Source: a virus
Lineage: Duplodnaviria; Caudoviricetes
IMG/VR virus record: IMGVR_UViG_3300028797_000108
Span: 1 to 64,000 of that record
Reading direction: 5' to 3' (one strand)
Length of the DNA: 64,000 nt
Position numbers and translations under genes: made by a program. The notes under the pieces are model-generated. The model was given only the letters and a program-made list of their open reading frames with translations, had not been told where the DNA came from and searched no databases. This document shows positions 48,971-59,240 of the stretch, piece by piece. The number at the start of each line of letters is the position of its first letter. Within the stretch, counting starts at the first letter, position 1.

Positions 48971-49804
48971 ATGGAAAGTAAAAAGGTTATTAGAAACGCT
49001 GCAATAGGCGGCGATCTTGGTGATGCAGCACAAGGCGTCCTATCCCAGGAAGGCATTCAGGCACAAAAATCAAATATCCCTGAAGATGCAGTGATGATTA
49101 ACGCTGACTTGCTTCCGTCAAAAGGCAAGTACTACAAAGCTCCTTTGTATGTGACTGAATTGTCACCGATTGACTTGAAGAACCTAAACCAGATGACTGA
49201 AGATAACGCTAACCAAGTCATCAACACGGTTCTTTCAAACTGCATTCATAACATCAATTATAAGGATATTCTTCAGGGCGACAAGGTTTGGCTGCTGTTC
49301 TATATCCGTTCCATCACATACGATGACTTCCCGATTTTCGTGAAGTATTCATGCCCTGAATGTAAGAAGGTTGACACCTTTAAGGTTCGCTTGAAGGAAC
49401 TCAAGGTCAACTACGCATCAGATAAGTTTGAGCCGCAGTTGGAATTGCCGCGCTGTGGTAAGACAGTAACCCTCCGTTATCCAACACTTCGCTTGGAAGA
49501 ACGAGCACAGGCATTGGCAAAGAACGATCAGATCATTGAAGCAGTTGACCCTGAACTAGCCGAAATTGCTCTATACATTGAAGCAGTTGACGGACAGCAG
49601 GTCACTCCGATGGAAGCATACAAATTTGTCAAGTCCATGAAGGCTCTTGATTTTGTCACCTTCTCTAACTACATGATTGAACACAATATCGGATTGATTC
49701 CTATCGTTGAAATTCCATGTACTTGTGGCAATACTGTTAAGAAGAAAATCGGTTTCACACCTGACTTCTTCTTCCCAGATTTCAAGAAGTATCAGAACGC
49801 TTAA
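48971..49804 (+). CDS. Baseplate hub assembly protein gp26-like
   Basis: LPSKG..Y, GD..WLLFYIRSITY, CPEC, LP..GK.V..RYP, C.CG, DFFFP. Confidence 0.75.
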   Translation: MESKKVIRNAAIGGDLGDAAQGVLSQEGIQAQKSNIPEDAVMINADLLPSKGKYYKAPLYVTELSPIDLKNLNQMTEDNANQVINTVLSNCIHNINYKDILQGDKVWLLFYIRSITYDDFPIFVKYSCPECKKVDTFKVRLKELKVNYASDKFEPQLELPRCGKTVTLRYPTLRLEERAQALAKNDQIIEAVDPELAEIALYIEAVDGQQVTPMEAYKFVKSMKALDFVTFSNYMIEHNIGLIPIVEIPCTCGNTVKKKIGFTPDFFFPDFKKYQNA

Positions 49805-49877
49805 TACTAGCTTTATATGTAGCAAGGGTGGTCCGTCAGGGTCACCCTTTTACCGTATAAATATATAAAGAGGCATT

Positions 49878-52607
49878 ATGGCAAACAATACAGAATACAC
49901 ACGCTTTACGTATCAGCAACTTATTGACGATTTCCAGACTCGTCTTCGTGCTGATGAAAGATTTAGAAATTTGTCAGCAGCTTCCATCTACCAGATGTTC
50001 ATGGAAATGCTTACAGGTACCATGGATGAAACCAACTACTTCATGCAGCGCGTTGCAGAAGAAGGTTTTCTTGATACCGCACGTCTTGATTCGTCAATTA
50101 TCAAGCATGCAAAGAATTTGGGTTATTCACCAATTCGTCCAGTACCGGCTGAATGCGAAGTTGCTATTAAGATTAAGGGACCACTGCCTAAATCACTTCA
50201 GGCAGGTGCTACCGTATTCTTCACGCAAGAAGACGCTGACCTGACATTCAATAACTACCGTTATATGTTGTCAAGCGACTATTCATATACATTTGATGAA
50301 CAGGATATTCGTGACGGTCAGTCATCAACATGGTCTAAGACATTGATTTTCGCCAAGAACTCATCTAGCATGAAGTACTGGACACTTGGCGGCGTTAAGA
50401 TGTATAACTCTGCCGATGCTTATCCGATTAAGGCTTTCCAAGGTGAAATTGGAACACACGAAATTCGCGGTGCTTCAAACTTGAGAAAGCTTGGCAAGAA
50501 TTATCAGTACTATGACATCAACGATCTTGAATGGTCAAACTGGTATGGCCGTCGTGATCCTACTGCTTACAGCCGTGGCAAGTTCTACAAGATCTATGGT
50601 TTTACCAAGGTTGGTATTGGTAAGAACCAAGAAGAAGCATGGCGTGAAACGAGCCTCTACGATATTGAAGACTGTTCAATTTACCTCAATGAAGGTATTC
50701 AAGAATTTGAAGATTCGGATGAAAATGATCCGCTAAAGGTTTGCTGCATTACAACGAACCAGGACAAGACTGTTCGTTTGCAGTTCGGTGATGGCATCAT
50801 CTGTAATAACGGTTTGCTCCGTGCTGATGATAACATCTATATCCGCTACTTGAAGACTAAGGGTGCTGCTGCAAATACATTGGGCACAACAGGTTCAATG
50901 TTCAGCACAACAACACACTTCTATGCCTCACAGCCTTCTGGAATTATTGACATCACTCAGAACATTCAGTTCCTATTGAACTCTGACATCACCGGTGGCT
51001 CTGATTTTGAAACACAACAGAGCATCAAGAACAATGCACCGAAGTATTTCGCTGCAGCTGGACGCCTTGTCACTGAACAGGATTTCGTCAGCTGGTTTAA
51101 GGCTATGACTTCACCTGTCCGTGTTAAAAACGCCGGAGCATGGGGACAAGAAGAAATTGAAGAAATCTTTGAAGGTGGCACGACTACCTATAAGTACCTG
51201 CAGAACTGTATATGCTATGCTATTGCAGCAAGTACCTATAACATCAACGGTAAGATAAACAGCGTCAGAAATGTGCTTGATGAAGATGACAACTCATTCG
51301 GTGCATTCACCGTTTACGGTTCAGGCTCTGCATATCTTGACCACTTGACTGACTACTTGAAGATGCTCATGAGTTTCAACTCCTTCTATCAGAAGCAGTA
51401 TGAACGAAACCCATCAAAGCAGTGGTTGAAGAACATCAAGAAGATTCGTCAGAACATCGCACCGAAGATGATTATGAACAGCAAGGTATTCGCAATGCCT
51501 CCGTTTGTTCAGTACTACGATGTCGTTGGCACCGTTGAAATTGACCCGCTTGCTAAGATGAGCAATTACAAGCGTGAAGTTGAAAATGAGATTTATGAAT
51601 GGCTAGATGAACATACTTCATTTGGTTCGCCAATCTATAAGGCAGATATCCTGAAGTTCTTCGCTAACCGTAATGAGACAAAGGCTATTAACTTGGATAT
51701 AAAGGTCTCTGAACTGATTAAGGGACAGGAAAACGTTCTGTCTTACAACATCAGCAACAAGACCTATACCCAGATCTACTCTTTGAACAAGAACCTTCCT
51801 GGCTCACCGATTTACAATAACACAGGCAACAATGCTAACTACAATGTTATCACATTGCCGAAGACTGACTCAAATGGCAACCAGATTAACGCTGAAGCAT
51901 TGAGGAACAAGAACCTCAAGATTCGCTTGTATGCCTACAACAGCGCTGACCAGAAAACGGACTACAGAAACGAAGTCCAGTTCACGCCGTATGAAGTTGT
52001 TGAGTCAGGCGATAACGTCATCATCTCGATGTATGGTTATCAGCAGCGTTCAAAGTTTGATGTGATTAACCGTCAGACAATGATTTATTTGTATGTCACT
52101 TCAAAGGATGACTTTGCATCAACCACAAACTTCTCAACATCAAACGCTTCGTCTTATGGCTTGACACCTTCGCAGGTTGCCTCAATTCAGAACGACCTGA
52201 AGGAATGGATTCAGAATGCCACTGTCGTGTATGAAGCAGACCGTGCCATTGCTTTGCCATACTTCGTTGAGTCAATGGATGAAATCACTCGTCAAGAAAC
52301 GATTAAGCGTGTGGGTGCTATCCAGAACCAAATGGAAACTGAATTGACTGAAAAATCTTATTGGCAGTATATGGTGCCGAAGATCATCTCCAAGTACTAT
52401 TACTCTTCATACACTGATATGAACGAGGAAGATGTGGATGGTCAGCTCTGGACCCAAATCACAAATCTTGTGGTGGATATATATAAACTGATTAAGGTGA
52501 CCCTATGTGACTCCGTTCTTGACGATAACAACAACATCGTGAACTTCTCGATGACAAATGAATTGCCTGTTGTCCGTCTGAACATCACATATAAGTATAG
52601 GAGCTAA
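49878..52607 (+). CDS. Baseplate wedge protein gp6-like
   Basis: EGFLDTARL.SSII.HAK.LGY.P, QFGDG, Y..T.G...N, GGSD.E...SIK.NAP..F....RLVT..D. Confidence 0.88.
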   Translation: MANNTEYTRFTYQQLIDDFQTRLRADERFRNLSAASIYQMFMEMLTGTMDETNYFMQRVAEEGFLDTARLDSSIIKHAKNLGYSPIRPVPAECEVAIKIKGPLPKSLQAGATVFFTQEDADLTFNNYRYMLSSDYSYTFDEQDIRDGQSSTWSKTLIFAKNSSSMKYWTLGGVKMYNSADAYPIKAFQGEIGTHEIRGASNLRKLGKNYQYYDINDLEWSNWYGRRDPTAYSRGKFYKIYGFTKVGIGKNQEEAWRETSLYDIEDCSIYLNEGIQEFEDSDENDPLKVCCITTNQDKTVRLQFGDGIICNNGLLRADDNIYIRYLKTKGAAANTLGTTGSMFSTTTHFYASQPSGIIDITQNIQFLLNSDITGGSDFETQQSIKNNAPKYFAAAGRLVTEQDFVSWFKAMTSPVRVKNAGAWGQEEIEEIFEGGTTTYKYLQNCICYAIAASTYNINGKINSVRNVLDEDDNSFGAFTVYGSGSAYLDHLTDYLKMLMSFNSFYQKQYERNPSKQWLKNIKKIRQNIAPKMIMNSKVFAMPPFVQYYDVVGTVEIDPLAKMSNYKREVENEIYEWLDEHTSFGSPIYKADILKFFANRNETKAINLDIKVSELIKGQENVLSYNISNKTYTQIYSLNKNLPGSPIYNNTGNNANYNVITLPKTDSNGNQINAEALRNKNLKIRLYAYNSADQKTDYRNEVQFTPYEVVESGDNVIISMYGYQQRSKFDVINRQTMIYLYVTSKDDFASTTNFSTSNASSYGLTPSQVASIQNDLKEWIQNATVVYEADRAIALPYFVESMDEITRQETIKRVGAIQNQMETELTEKSYWQYMVPKIISKYYYSSYTDMNEEDVDGQLWTQITNLVVDIYKLIKVTLCDSVLDDNNNIVNFSMTNELPVVRLNITYKYRS

Positions 52608-52610
52608 TTT

Positions 52611-53984
52611 ATGGCAATGTATGTTAAATCGGAGTATGATGGCTTCATCTGCACGGTGACAGTCACATCAGACACGATTGACGAAATAGACTTGACTGCG
52701 CCTGACTTCAGAATTGATGTTGTTGACCAATTCCATTCTGCTGACGCAGCTCAGCAAATTGCTGACTTGCTGGAAGTTAAGCACAGCTATGAAAGAACAA
52801 GAGATGCTCGCACCGACATCGTAGTTGAAGGTGCTGAGGCTCATGCTCTTTACCCTGATACATATACATTTGCCGAAGTATCAGGTTTCTATGATGAACA
52901 GATAGGGCGTTTGCATTATGCTACTGGCGAAGCGATAGATGAAATCAACACGATTGTGAAACAGCTATCGGACACAATGGACGAGGCTAACGTAAAGGTT
53001 GATGAATGTGAATACGGTGTCTCATCAGCAACACCGCCTCGCCCAGGTATTCAAACATACATATCTGAAATCAGCAAGCCTATGTTGTCAATCACATGTG
53101 ACGGCAGCCCTACATATGAAACCTCGGCTGTATCTGGCGCTGTTCACGGCGTCGTTAAGAGTGACGTTTTTGCGAATACCGATGATGAAACGCTTATCTT
53201 GAACGGTATGCAGTATTGGGTATCAAAGGATAAGAAGAGTTTGACATTCCGTTTCATTCCACAGCCAAACGCTGAATACAAGTTCCAGTCAGTGGTTGTG
53301 GTTTGTGCGCTGGACTATCAGAATATCGCTCGCTTTGAAGTTTGCTTGATGCCTCGCTTGCTTACAGGCGACATGGAGAAATACACAGGCACAGATCCTC
53401 TAGAGTTGAACCCGCCAACAGTTGACCCTGTTGTGCCTATTCATACTCGTGCCATTACAGGTAAGACTATTGAAGGCGAAACTTCATCATACGATGTTGA
53501 AGATGATTATCGCCCTGACTATGTGTTCAACGATCCTACGGTTGACGGTGACCACTTCTATGGCAACAACACACCACTGACAATGGCCAATGACCCAGCC
53601 AATCCACAGAAGGATCTTGACAAGACATTGATTACACCGCTTTACACAATCAAGTCAAGCGCATTCATTACTGAGGATATTGAAACATCTGGCTATCATT
53701 ATAACTGGGGTAAGTTCAAGTCAGAGATTTACGACATCGCTGCCTTGTCATCAATGCCTATTCCGTTTATGATTGGCACAACAAGTGCTCAGACAACAAC
53801 TGAAGATATCAAACCAACAGCAACAGCGGTTAAGCTAGTACCATCATACACAGGTCACCACTCAGCAGCCGAGCCGAATAACACAATCAATGTTAAGATG
53901 TATGAAATTACGCAGTTCATTGAAACAACTGCAAATGTGCCGACATTCTCTCAGAACCAAGTTAGAGTGACTGTCGCCATTTAA
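52611..53984 (+). CDS. Hypothetical virion protein
   Basis: 457-aa ORF in the baseplate operon. Confidence 0.55.
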   Translation: MAMYVKSEYDGFICTVTVTSDTIDEIDLTAPDFRIDVVDQFHSADAAQQIADLLEVKHSYERTRDARTDIVVEGAEAHALYPDTYTFAEVSGFYDEQIGRLHYATGEAIDEINTIVKQLSDTMDEANVKVDECEYGVSSATPPRPGIQTYISEISKPMLSITCDGSPTYETSAVSGAVHGVVKSDVFANTDDETLILNGMQYWVSKDKKSLTFRFIPQPNAEYKFQSVVVVCALDYQNIARFEVCLMPRLLTGDMEKYTGTDPLELNPPTVDPVVPIHTRAITGKTIEGETSSYDVEDDYRPDYVFNDPTVDGDHFYGNNTPLTMANDPANPQKDLDKTLITPLYTIKSSAFITEDIETSGYHYNWGKFKSEIYDIAALSSMPIPFMIGTTSAQTTTEDIKPTATAVKLVPSYTGHHSAAEPNNTINVKMYEITQFIETTANVPTFSQNQVRVTVAI

Positions 53985-53992
53985 GGAGTATC

Positions 53993-54586
53993 ATGCCAGG
54001 ATTAACAACACAAATAAATGAATTCCATAAAAACAAGTTTGAGGTGCGTTTTTCCAATGTGCCTAATATGACTGGCTATAAGGGAATTGACATTCATGTG
54101 CTGAACAACTACCTAAAGGGAATTAACATTCCTGACTTGTCTATTCCTATGCTTTATTCAACCACTGGACAATATAGACAGTTGCATCCGAGCCCGATTG
54201 GTTCTCGTGACTTGCAGACTGTGACTATTGAGTTCAAGATTGATGAACATGCTTTTAACTATTGGCTGCTTGCATCTTGGCTGTATCACATGAGATACGG
54301 TCAGCCATGTGGCAAGAAGAGCTTGAAAGGTGAAGAACTACTTCGCTTTGACTGCATTGACGCTATTGAGGTTTGCTTCCTTGATAACGATGGGCGTGTG
54401 CTGTCAAAGATTCGCTTCAAGCACTGCATCATCAACAACCTAAGCACTATTGACCTCAAGTATAGTGCTGCTGAATTGGGAACGATGATTGCTACCTTTG
54501 AAGTGGAAGAATTGGAATTCGTTGTAGAACAAGGTGATGAAGGGGTCGAGAGACCGACTGATATGAAGGGCTCCGACATAAAGTAA
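53993..54586 (+). CDS. Tail tube terminator/gp3-like (tube-fold) protein
   Basis: NKFEVRF...P, INIPDLSI, F.IDE...NY..L..W, F.HC.I.NLS. Confidence 0.6.
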   Translation: MPGLTTQINEFHKNKFEVRFSNVPNMTGYKGIDIHVLNNYLKGINIPDLSIPMLYSTTGQYRQLHPSPIGSRDLQTVTIEFKIDEHAFNYWLLASWLYHMRYGQPCGKKSLKGEELLRFDCIDAIEVCFLDNDGRVLSKIRFKHCIINNLSTIDLKYSAAELGTMIATFEVEELEFVVEQGDEGVERPTDMKGSDIK

Positions 54587-54587
54587 A

Positions 54588-55301
54588 ATGTCTGTGATTT
54601 TATCAAACGAGAACCACTGCAAAATTTGCGGTGGTGTATTTAATGGGCTAAAGACGCTAGGCACGCATATCGTGTCAAAGCACGGCGTTGACATTCAAAC
54701 ATATTATGACAAGTGCTTAAAGAAGCCGGATGAAGGTCGCTGCGAACAGTGTGGCAACCCGACTTCATTCATTAACCTAACAGAAGGTTATAGCAGGTTC
54801 TGCTGTATTTCTTGTGCTAAGAAATGGCAAGAGTCGCATGCCGAAGAAACCACACTTGAATGTAAAGAGTGCGGTGCTAAGATATCTGGCCGTAGCTATA
54901 ATGCAGCCTCGTTAGCGTTCTCTCGCCATATCAAGCAAGAACATGACATGAACGCCCAGCAGTATTATGACAAGTTCATGAAGAAGGAAGGCGAAGGCGT
55001 TTGTCAAGTTTGCGGCAAGCCGACCAAATTCTTGAAGTTGTCAACCGGCTATCAGAACTGCTGCTCTCGTGAATGCCATTTGAAGATTGCTCGTGAATCG
55101 TCTGCAAAAGCACATGAAGAAATGCAGGCATATCGCGAAGAGCAAGTGCAGATTGTCAAGACAGAAGAAATGATACAAGAGGAATGGAAAAAGGAGATTG
55201 CTCGCCGCCTTGCTGAATTTGAAGGCGATAGGGAAACATCCTACCATGCCGAATCTGAAATCACAGGATCCTTTGGCGTTGAGACAACCTGGCTTTACTA
55301 A
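54588..55301 (+). CDS. Tandem Zn-finger repeat protein
   Basis: Two copies of C..CG...H....H.....YYDK..KK..EG.C..CG.PT.F..L..GY...C...C. Confidence 0.7.
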   Translation: MSVILSNENHCKICGGVFNGLKTLGTHIVSKHGVDIQTYYDKCLKKPDEGRCEQCGNPTSFINLTEGYSRFCCISCAKKWQESHAEETTLECKECGAKISGRSYNAASLAFSRHIKQEHDMNAQQYYDKFMKKEGEGVCQVCGKPTKFLKLSTGYQNCCSRECHLKIARESSAKAHEEMQAYREEQVQIVKTEEMIQEEWKKEIARRLAEFEGDRETSYHAESEITGSFGVETTWLY

Positions 55302-55322
55302 TAAATAATTTAGAGGTAAAGC

Positions 55323-57344
55323 GTGGATTTACAGAATTATTTTAATGCTCAGAAAGCTCAGCAGTCACTCGACCTGCAAGCGGACAGCAATGAAATTGCT
55401 CTCCTGGGTAATGACTTACTTGAACAAATCAAGGAAGCGTTCCTTGATAACTACAAGGTGTCTGTTGAAACAGCAGAGACACAAGAAGAATCCGCAAAGA
55501 GTTTGACATCCTTGACCGATGGCGTCAAGGAGCTTGTTAGCAACGAACAAGAAAACGCATCAAACCTAGAGGCTAGCCTTGCTAACCTTACTGATGCGAC
55601 AACAAAGAGCATGGCTTCAAACAAGTCAGAAGGCCTAGTGTCTCACTTGAAGAACACAGGCTCAATTTTGAAGCAGATGGCTAAACTTGCTGCAAAGGAA
55701 TATGTTCAAAATACCAAGTATGGTAAGCTATGGACAAACATCAGCAAGGAAATGAAAAAGCAAGGCGCTGCTAAGACAAAGGTTATTGAAGGCAAGAAGG
55801 GTGAAGAAGGCGGTGGAGGCGGAGGCGGTGATGTTCCGCCACTTGACAGCAAGTTAATTGCTGCTTCAATGGCTATGGCTGCATTCAAGGCATTGAACCC
55901 AGTCACAATGGTTATGACATTCTTAACGAAGGTCGTGCCAATGCTTATCGTGTTCGGCTTGTTGCTTTATGGATTTATTAAGGGCTACTTCAATACATCT
56001 GTTGAAGCGGCTATTGCCGGTGTAGTCGCATTCATAATTGCGGCTGCAGGTGCATACTTTGCATGGAAGATTGCGAAGGAAGCAGTCTATTTGGCATTCA
56101 AGTTCGCGATGATGATTGTTCAGACCGTCGCATCAGTTGCTGCTGACTGGGCAGAATTTGCGTTAGTCGCTGCTGCCGTCGCTGTTGTGGCTGCTGCATT
56201 CATACTTGTGTCAGTTGTGCTTATCGCAGCTGTATTGCTTATCGGCGTAATGATTGCCGTTGCATTGGCTGCTATCGTCGTTGCTTTGGCAAAGGCACTG
56301 CTTGAAGTGGTCAAGGTGATAGTGGACGGTATCGTCTATGCTATAAAGGCATTTGCTGAAATTGCTCCAATGCTAGGCAAGATCATCACTGACATGATGC
56401 ACACAGCAATAGAAGTTCTTACCGAAGCGATAACATTCATTCCTAAGGCAATTCTTTCATTGGTAGTTGGCGGTATTGACGCTATCATGGGTGCTATCAC
56501 TAGCATCGTGGATTCCATCGGAAATGTTGTGGCTACAGTGCTTAAGGCTATTGGTTCTGCGGCAGGTGGATTTATTAAGGGTCTGTTCGGATTCGGAAAG
56601 AAAGAAGAACCGAAGAAGGAAATTACTGAAGATGAATTGAAGGAACTTTCCATCAAGGCTCTAACTGCCAATTTTGAGGTTGGCGGTGTCTTTGCTACAC
56701 TTGTGGCTGAAGGATTTATTAAGGCTTTTGAAAATATCATTGAACCTGTTAAGACTGCAATGGAAACAGTGGCGACAAACTTTGACGCTGCTTACCAAGG
56801 TACCATGAGCAAGATTAGCAGCCTATTTACCGATGTTTCAAAGACGATTTCAAGTCAGACAAAATTGCTAATTGCTGGAATGTTAAATGACCTGAACGTC
56901 ATTACAGGGGCATATCTCTCAATCTTGTTCGGTATGCCGCTTGTGGGCTGGTTGATGGGACTCGTCGGAAGTAATTCATTCACGAAGGCTTTGGAACCAT
57001 TGGTTGAGAACAGCAGACAGATTGCGGCTCTTATCGCGGACGTTCTGCAGGCAGTTTCAATGAAACAGAATGGAATTGCGAAATCCACTGCAATTACGAA
57101 TACAGTTACCAATGCGGAAACATCCGTCATTGAAAGTGGAATTAACACAATCGTTCCTACAGACACTGAAGGTGTTAATGAAGAGACAACAACTCTTAAG
57201 GGAGTACCTTCTAACTTTGTCACTGCTCAAGCATTCAGCTTGCAGATGGCTGCAGTTCGTGCATCAATGAAGGATGTGGTTGACGCAATTTACAAGACGG
57301 CTCCTAAGGATTCAAAGGACAAAGGTTTATTCAGTTGGTGGTAA
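55323..57344 (+). CDS. Tape-measure-like protein with a long hydrophobic segment
   Basis: Helical A/I/V-rich repeats and predicted TM helices; GTG start after a late promoter variant. Confidence 0.55.
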   Translation: MDLQNYFNAQKAQQSLDLQADSNEIALLGNDLLEQIKEAFLDNYKVSVETAETQEESAKSLTSLTDGVKELVSNEQENASNLEASLANLTDATTKSMASNKSEGLVSHLKNTGSILKQMAKLAAKEYVQNTKYGKLWTNISKEMKKQGAAKTKVIEGKKGEEGGGGGGGDVPPLDSKLIAASMAMAAFKALNPVTMVMTFLTKVVPMLIVFGLLLYGFIKGYFNTSVEAAIAGVVAFIIAAAGAYFAWKIAKEAVYLAFKFAMMIVQTVASVAADWAEFALVAAAVAVVAAAFILVSVVLIAAVLLIGVMIAVALAAIVVALAKALLEVVKVIVDGIVYAIKAFAEIAPMLGKIITDMMHTAIEVLTEAITFIPKAILSLVVGGIDAIMGAITSIVDSIGNVVATVLKAIGSAAGGFIKGLFGFGKKEEPKKEITEDELKELSIKALTANFEVGGVFATLVAEGFIKAFENIIEPVKTAMETVATNFDAAYQGTMSKISSLFTDVSKTISSQTKLLIAGMLNDLNVITGAYLSILFGMPLVGWLMGLVGSNSFTKALEPLVENSRQIAALIADVLQAVSMKQNGIAKSTAITNTVTNAETSVIESGINTIVPTDTEGVNEETTTLKGVPSNFVTAQAFSLQMAAVRASMKDVVDAIYKTAPKDSKDKGLFSWW

Positions 57345-57347
57345 TAG

Positions 57348-58241
57348 ATGTTAACGGTTAAGGCACCTCAAAGAAAAAACGATAAGTATGCTGCCCCAGT
57401 GCAGAACTCAACAGTTAGGCTAACCGTGTTTAACCCTAACTATGACAAGGACGGTGGGTTCTTGCCAATGTATACCTTTTCTTTCATTCCGCTTGAACCA
57501 ATTACATTCCAGATTTCAACAAGCTGGAAGGACGGTGCGGCTGCATCTGTTGCGGGTAAGATAAATGAACTGATGAGCAACAAGTTCGTCAGAATGGTAT
57601 CTGGACCTGAACTGTTCACTCCAGTCGCTACTGATGCATGGTCACAACAAGTGGTTGAAAAAGGCGAGCCAATTTCAATTAAGTTAAAATTCAGATCTTA
57701 CTACAATGAAACGGCTGATCCTACAGGCTTCCGTGCCTGTGATGCTTCTTATCACGATGTTATCAAGTTCTTTGCCTATGTCACTTCACCTTACAAGCAG
57801 TATACATTGAGCACCGCAACATTGGGTGTTGTGGCTAATGCTGCTAGAAGCGTGGCTAATACTGGCGAAGCAATAGGCACTGCTGTAAAGGGCAGACCTG
57901 ACGATACCAGCTTTGTTGGCGCTGCTGCAAAATATACGCTTGCAGCAGTTGGCGATGTCGCTGGACTTACATTGGAATCTGACGGCAACAAGACACAGCG
58001 CGGTGGCTTTACGGTTTTGGTGACTACTCGAAATTACGGTTGCTCAAACCTTGACTGGATTGTGAAAAGCGTAAGCATCTCACCAAGCCAGCAATTCGTC
58101 GCAGCGAAGGGTGAGTCAAACGAAAACATTGAAGAAGTTCCAATGCCTTTGTGGGTTGACTTTGATGTTGAACTTGAAACGAACATGTGTCCGTCAAACG
58201 CTCTTGTGAGCCGCTTCTTCTCAAAGAAAACGATTAAGTAA
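57348..58241 (+). CDS. Putative baseplate/tube-initiator protein (paralog of 58234..59196)
   Basis: Shared S.W....AA, LKFR.Y, VKS.S..PS and DF....E motifs. Confidence 0.5.
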   Translation: MLTVKAPQRKNDKYAAPVQNSTVRLTVFNPNYDKDGGFLPMYTFSFIPLEPITFQISTSWKDGAAASVAGKINELMSNKFVRMVSGPELFTPVATDAWSQQVVEKGEPISIKLKFRSYYNETADPTGFRACDASYHDVIKFFAYVTSPYKQYTLSTATLGVVANAARSVANTGEAIGTAVKGRPDDTSFVGAAAKYTLAAVGDVAGLTLESDGNKTQRGGFTVLVTTRNYGCSNLDWIVKSVSISPSQQFVAAKGESNENIEEVPMPLWVDFDVELETNMCPSNALVSRFFSKKTIK

Positions 58242-59196
58242 ACAATTTCTGCCAAGTCGGACAGGAAGGAACCTGGTCCATTTCAACTTGGATATTGAAA
58301 TCATAATAGTAATGGTCTTTTGTGTCAATGTTCCATTCACGGGACGGCATGACTGACCATGACTTTACGACAACTGTAAATGATGTTCTGAAAATGAACG
58401 GATAAATTCTCAACCTGAAAATGTTAGCACCATAAAGCTTAGGCTTGTCAAGCTTGGCATCGGATGTGAGGCCAGGGTCAGCGTTTGTGCTCTGCATCGC
58501 GGAGTCCATGTTCTGCGCTGCAATGCGTGCCTGTTCTTTATCACGCTTTCCGCTGCCTTCATCTGACATACCTTCAACCACATTATTGACGTAGTCAGCG
58601 CCTTTATTTTCAGTCTGGATTTTCTTGACCTGTTCTGACATCGGCGTAAGATCTTTGTTATCGTCACCTTTTTCCTTGTCAGCAGGGTCACCTTCACGAA
58701 GTGCTTTGAACAAAGCAACAGCGCCATCAGCAGCTGCTGGGATATTGTTTAGAAGGTTTTCAACATTGACGCCGCAGTTGCTGTTCACAGGCGTTGTAAG
58801 TGACAAGAACTGCATCCATTCTCTAGCGGATCTTGTCTTGTATGGACCAACCTTTTGTCCGGTATAGCAACGGAACTTCAAATCAAACGATAGCTTTGAG
58901 CCAGACTTATATGTTCTTGAAGTCATCTGGTCGGCATTCACCATGTGCGTGCCGTTTTGGGCATTACCCTTTTGAGACAGAAATTCAAGGAATTCTGAAT
59001 TTGCCAACTTGCCAAGTTCATCACCTAAAGTCGCGGCCGGCGAGGCTTCCCATTCAGACGAGAAGCTCAATGACGGCAATTCTTGCATAACACCGTCCAT
59101 CTTAATGACGTCGCCGTTCACTACTGTTCTTAAAAGGAAGTAGTTATTTCCGTAGGCAAGCCACTTGCCGTTGTAATTTGAAATGTTATACTCCAT
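58234..59196 (-). CDS. Putative baseplate/tube-initiator protein (paralog of 57348..58241)
   Basis: Same shared motifs; minus-strand AATAAATA upstream. Confidence 0.5.
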   Translation of the reverse strand: MEYNISNYNGKWLAYGNNYFLLRTVVNGDVIKMDGVMQELPSLSFSSEWEASPAATLGDELGKLANSEFLEFLSQKGNAQNGTHMVNADQMTSRTYKSGSKLSFDLKFRCYTGQKVGPYKTRSAREWMQFLSLTTPVNSNCGVNVENLLNNIPAAADGAVALFKALREGDPADKEKGDDNKDLTPMSEQVKKIQTENKGADYVNNVVEGMSDEGSGKRDKEQARIAAQNMDSAMQSTNADPGLTSDAKLDKPKLYGANIFRLRIYPFIFRTSFTVVVKSWSVMPSREWNIDTKDHYYYDFNIQVEMDQVPSCPTWQKLFT

Positions 59197-59240
59197 ACTT
59201 TATATTTATTCCAACCGTATAAATACAAAAAGAGATAGCT

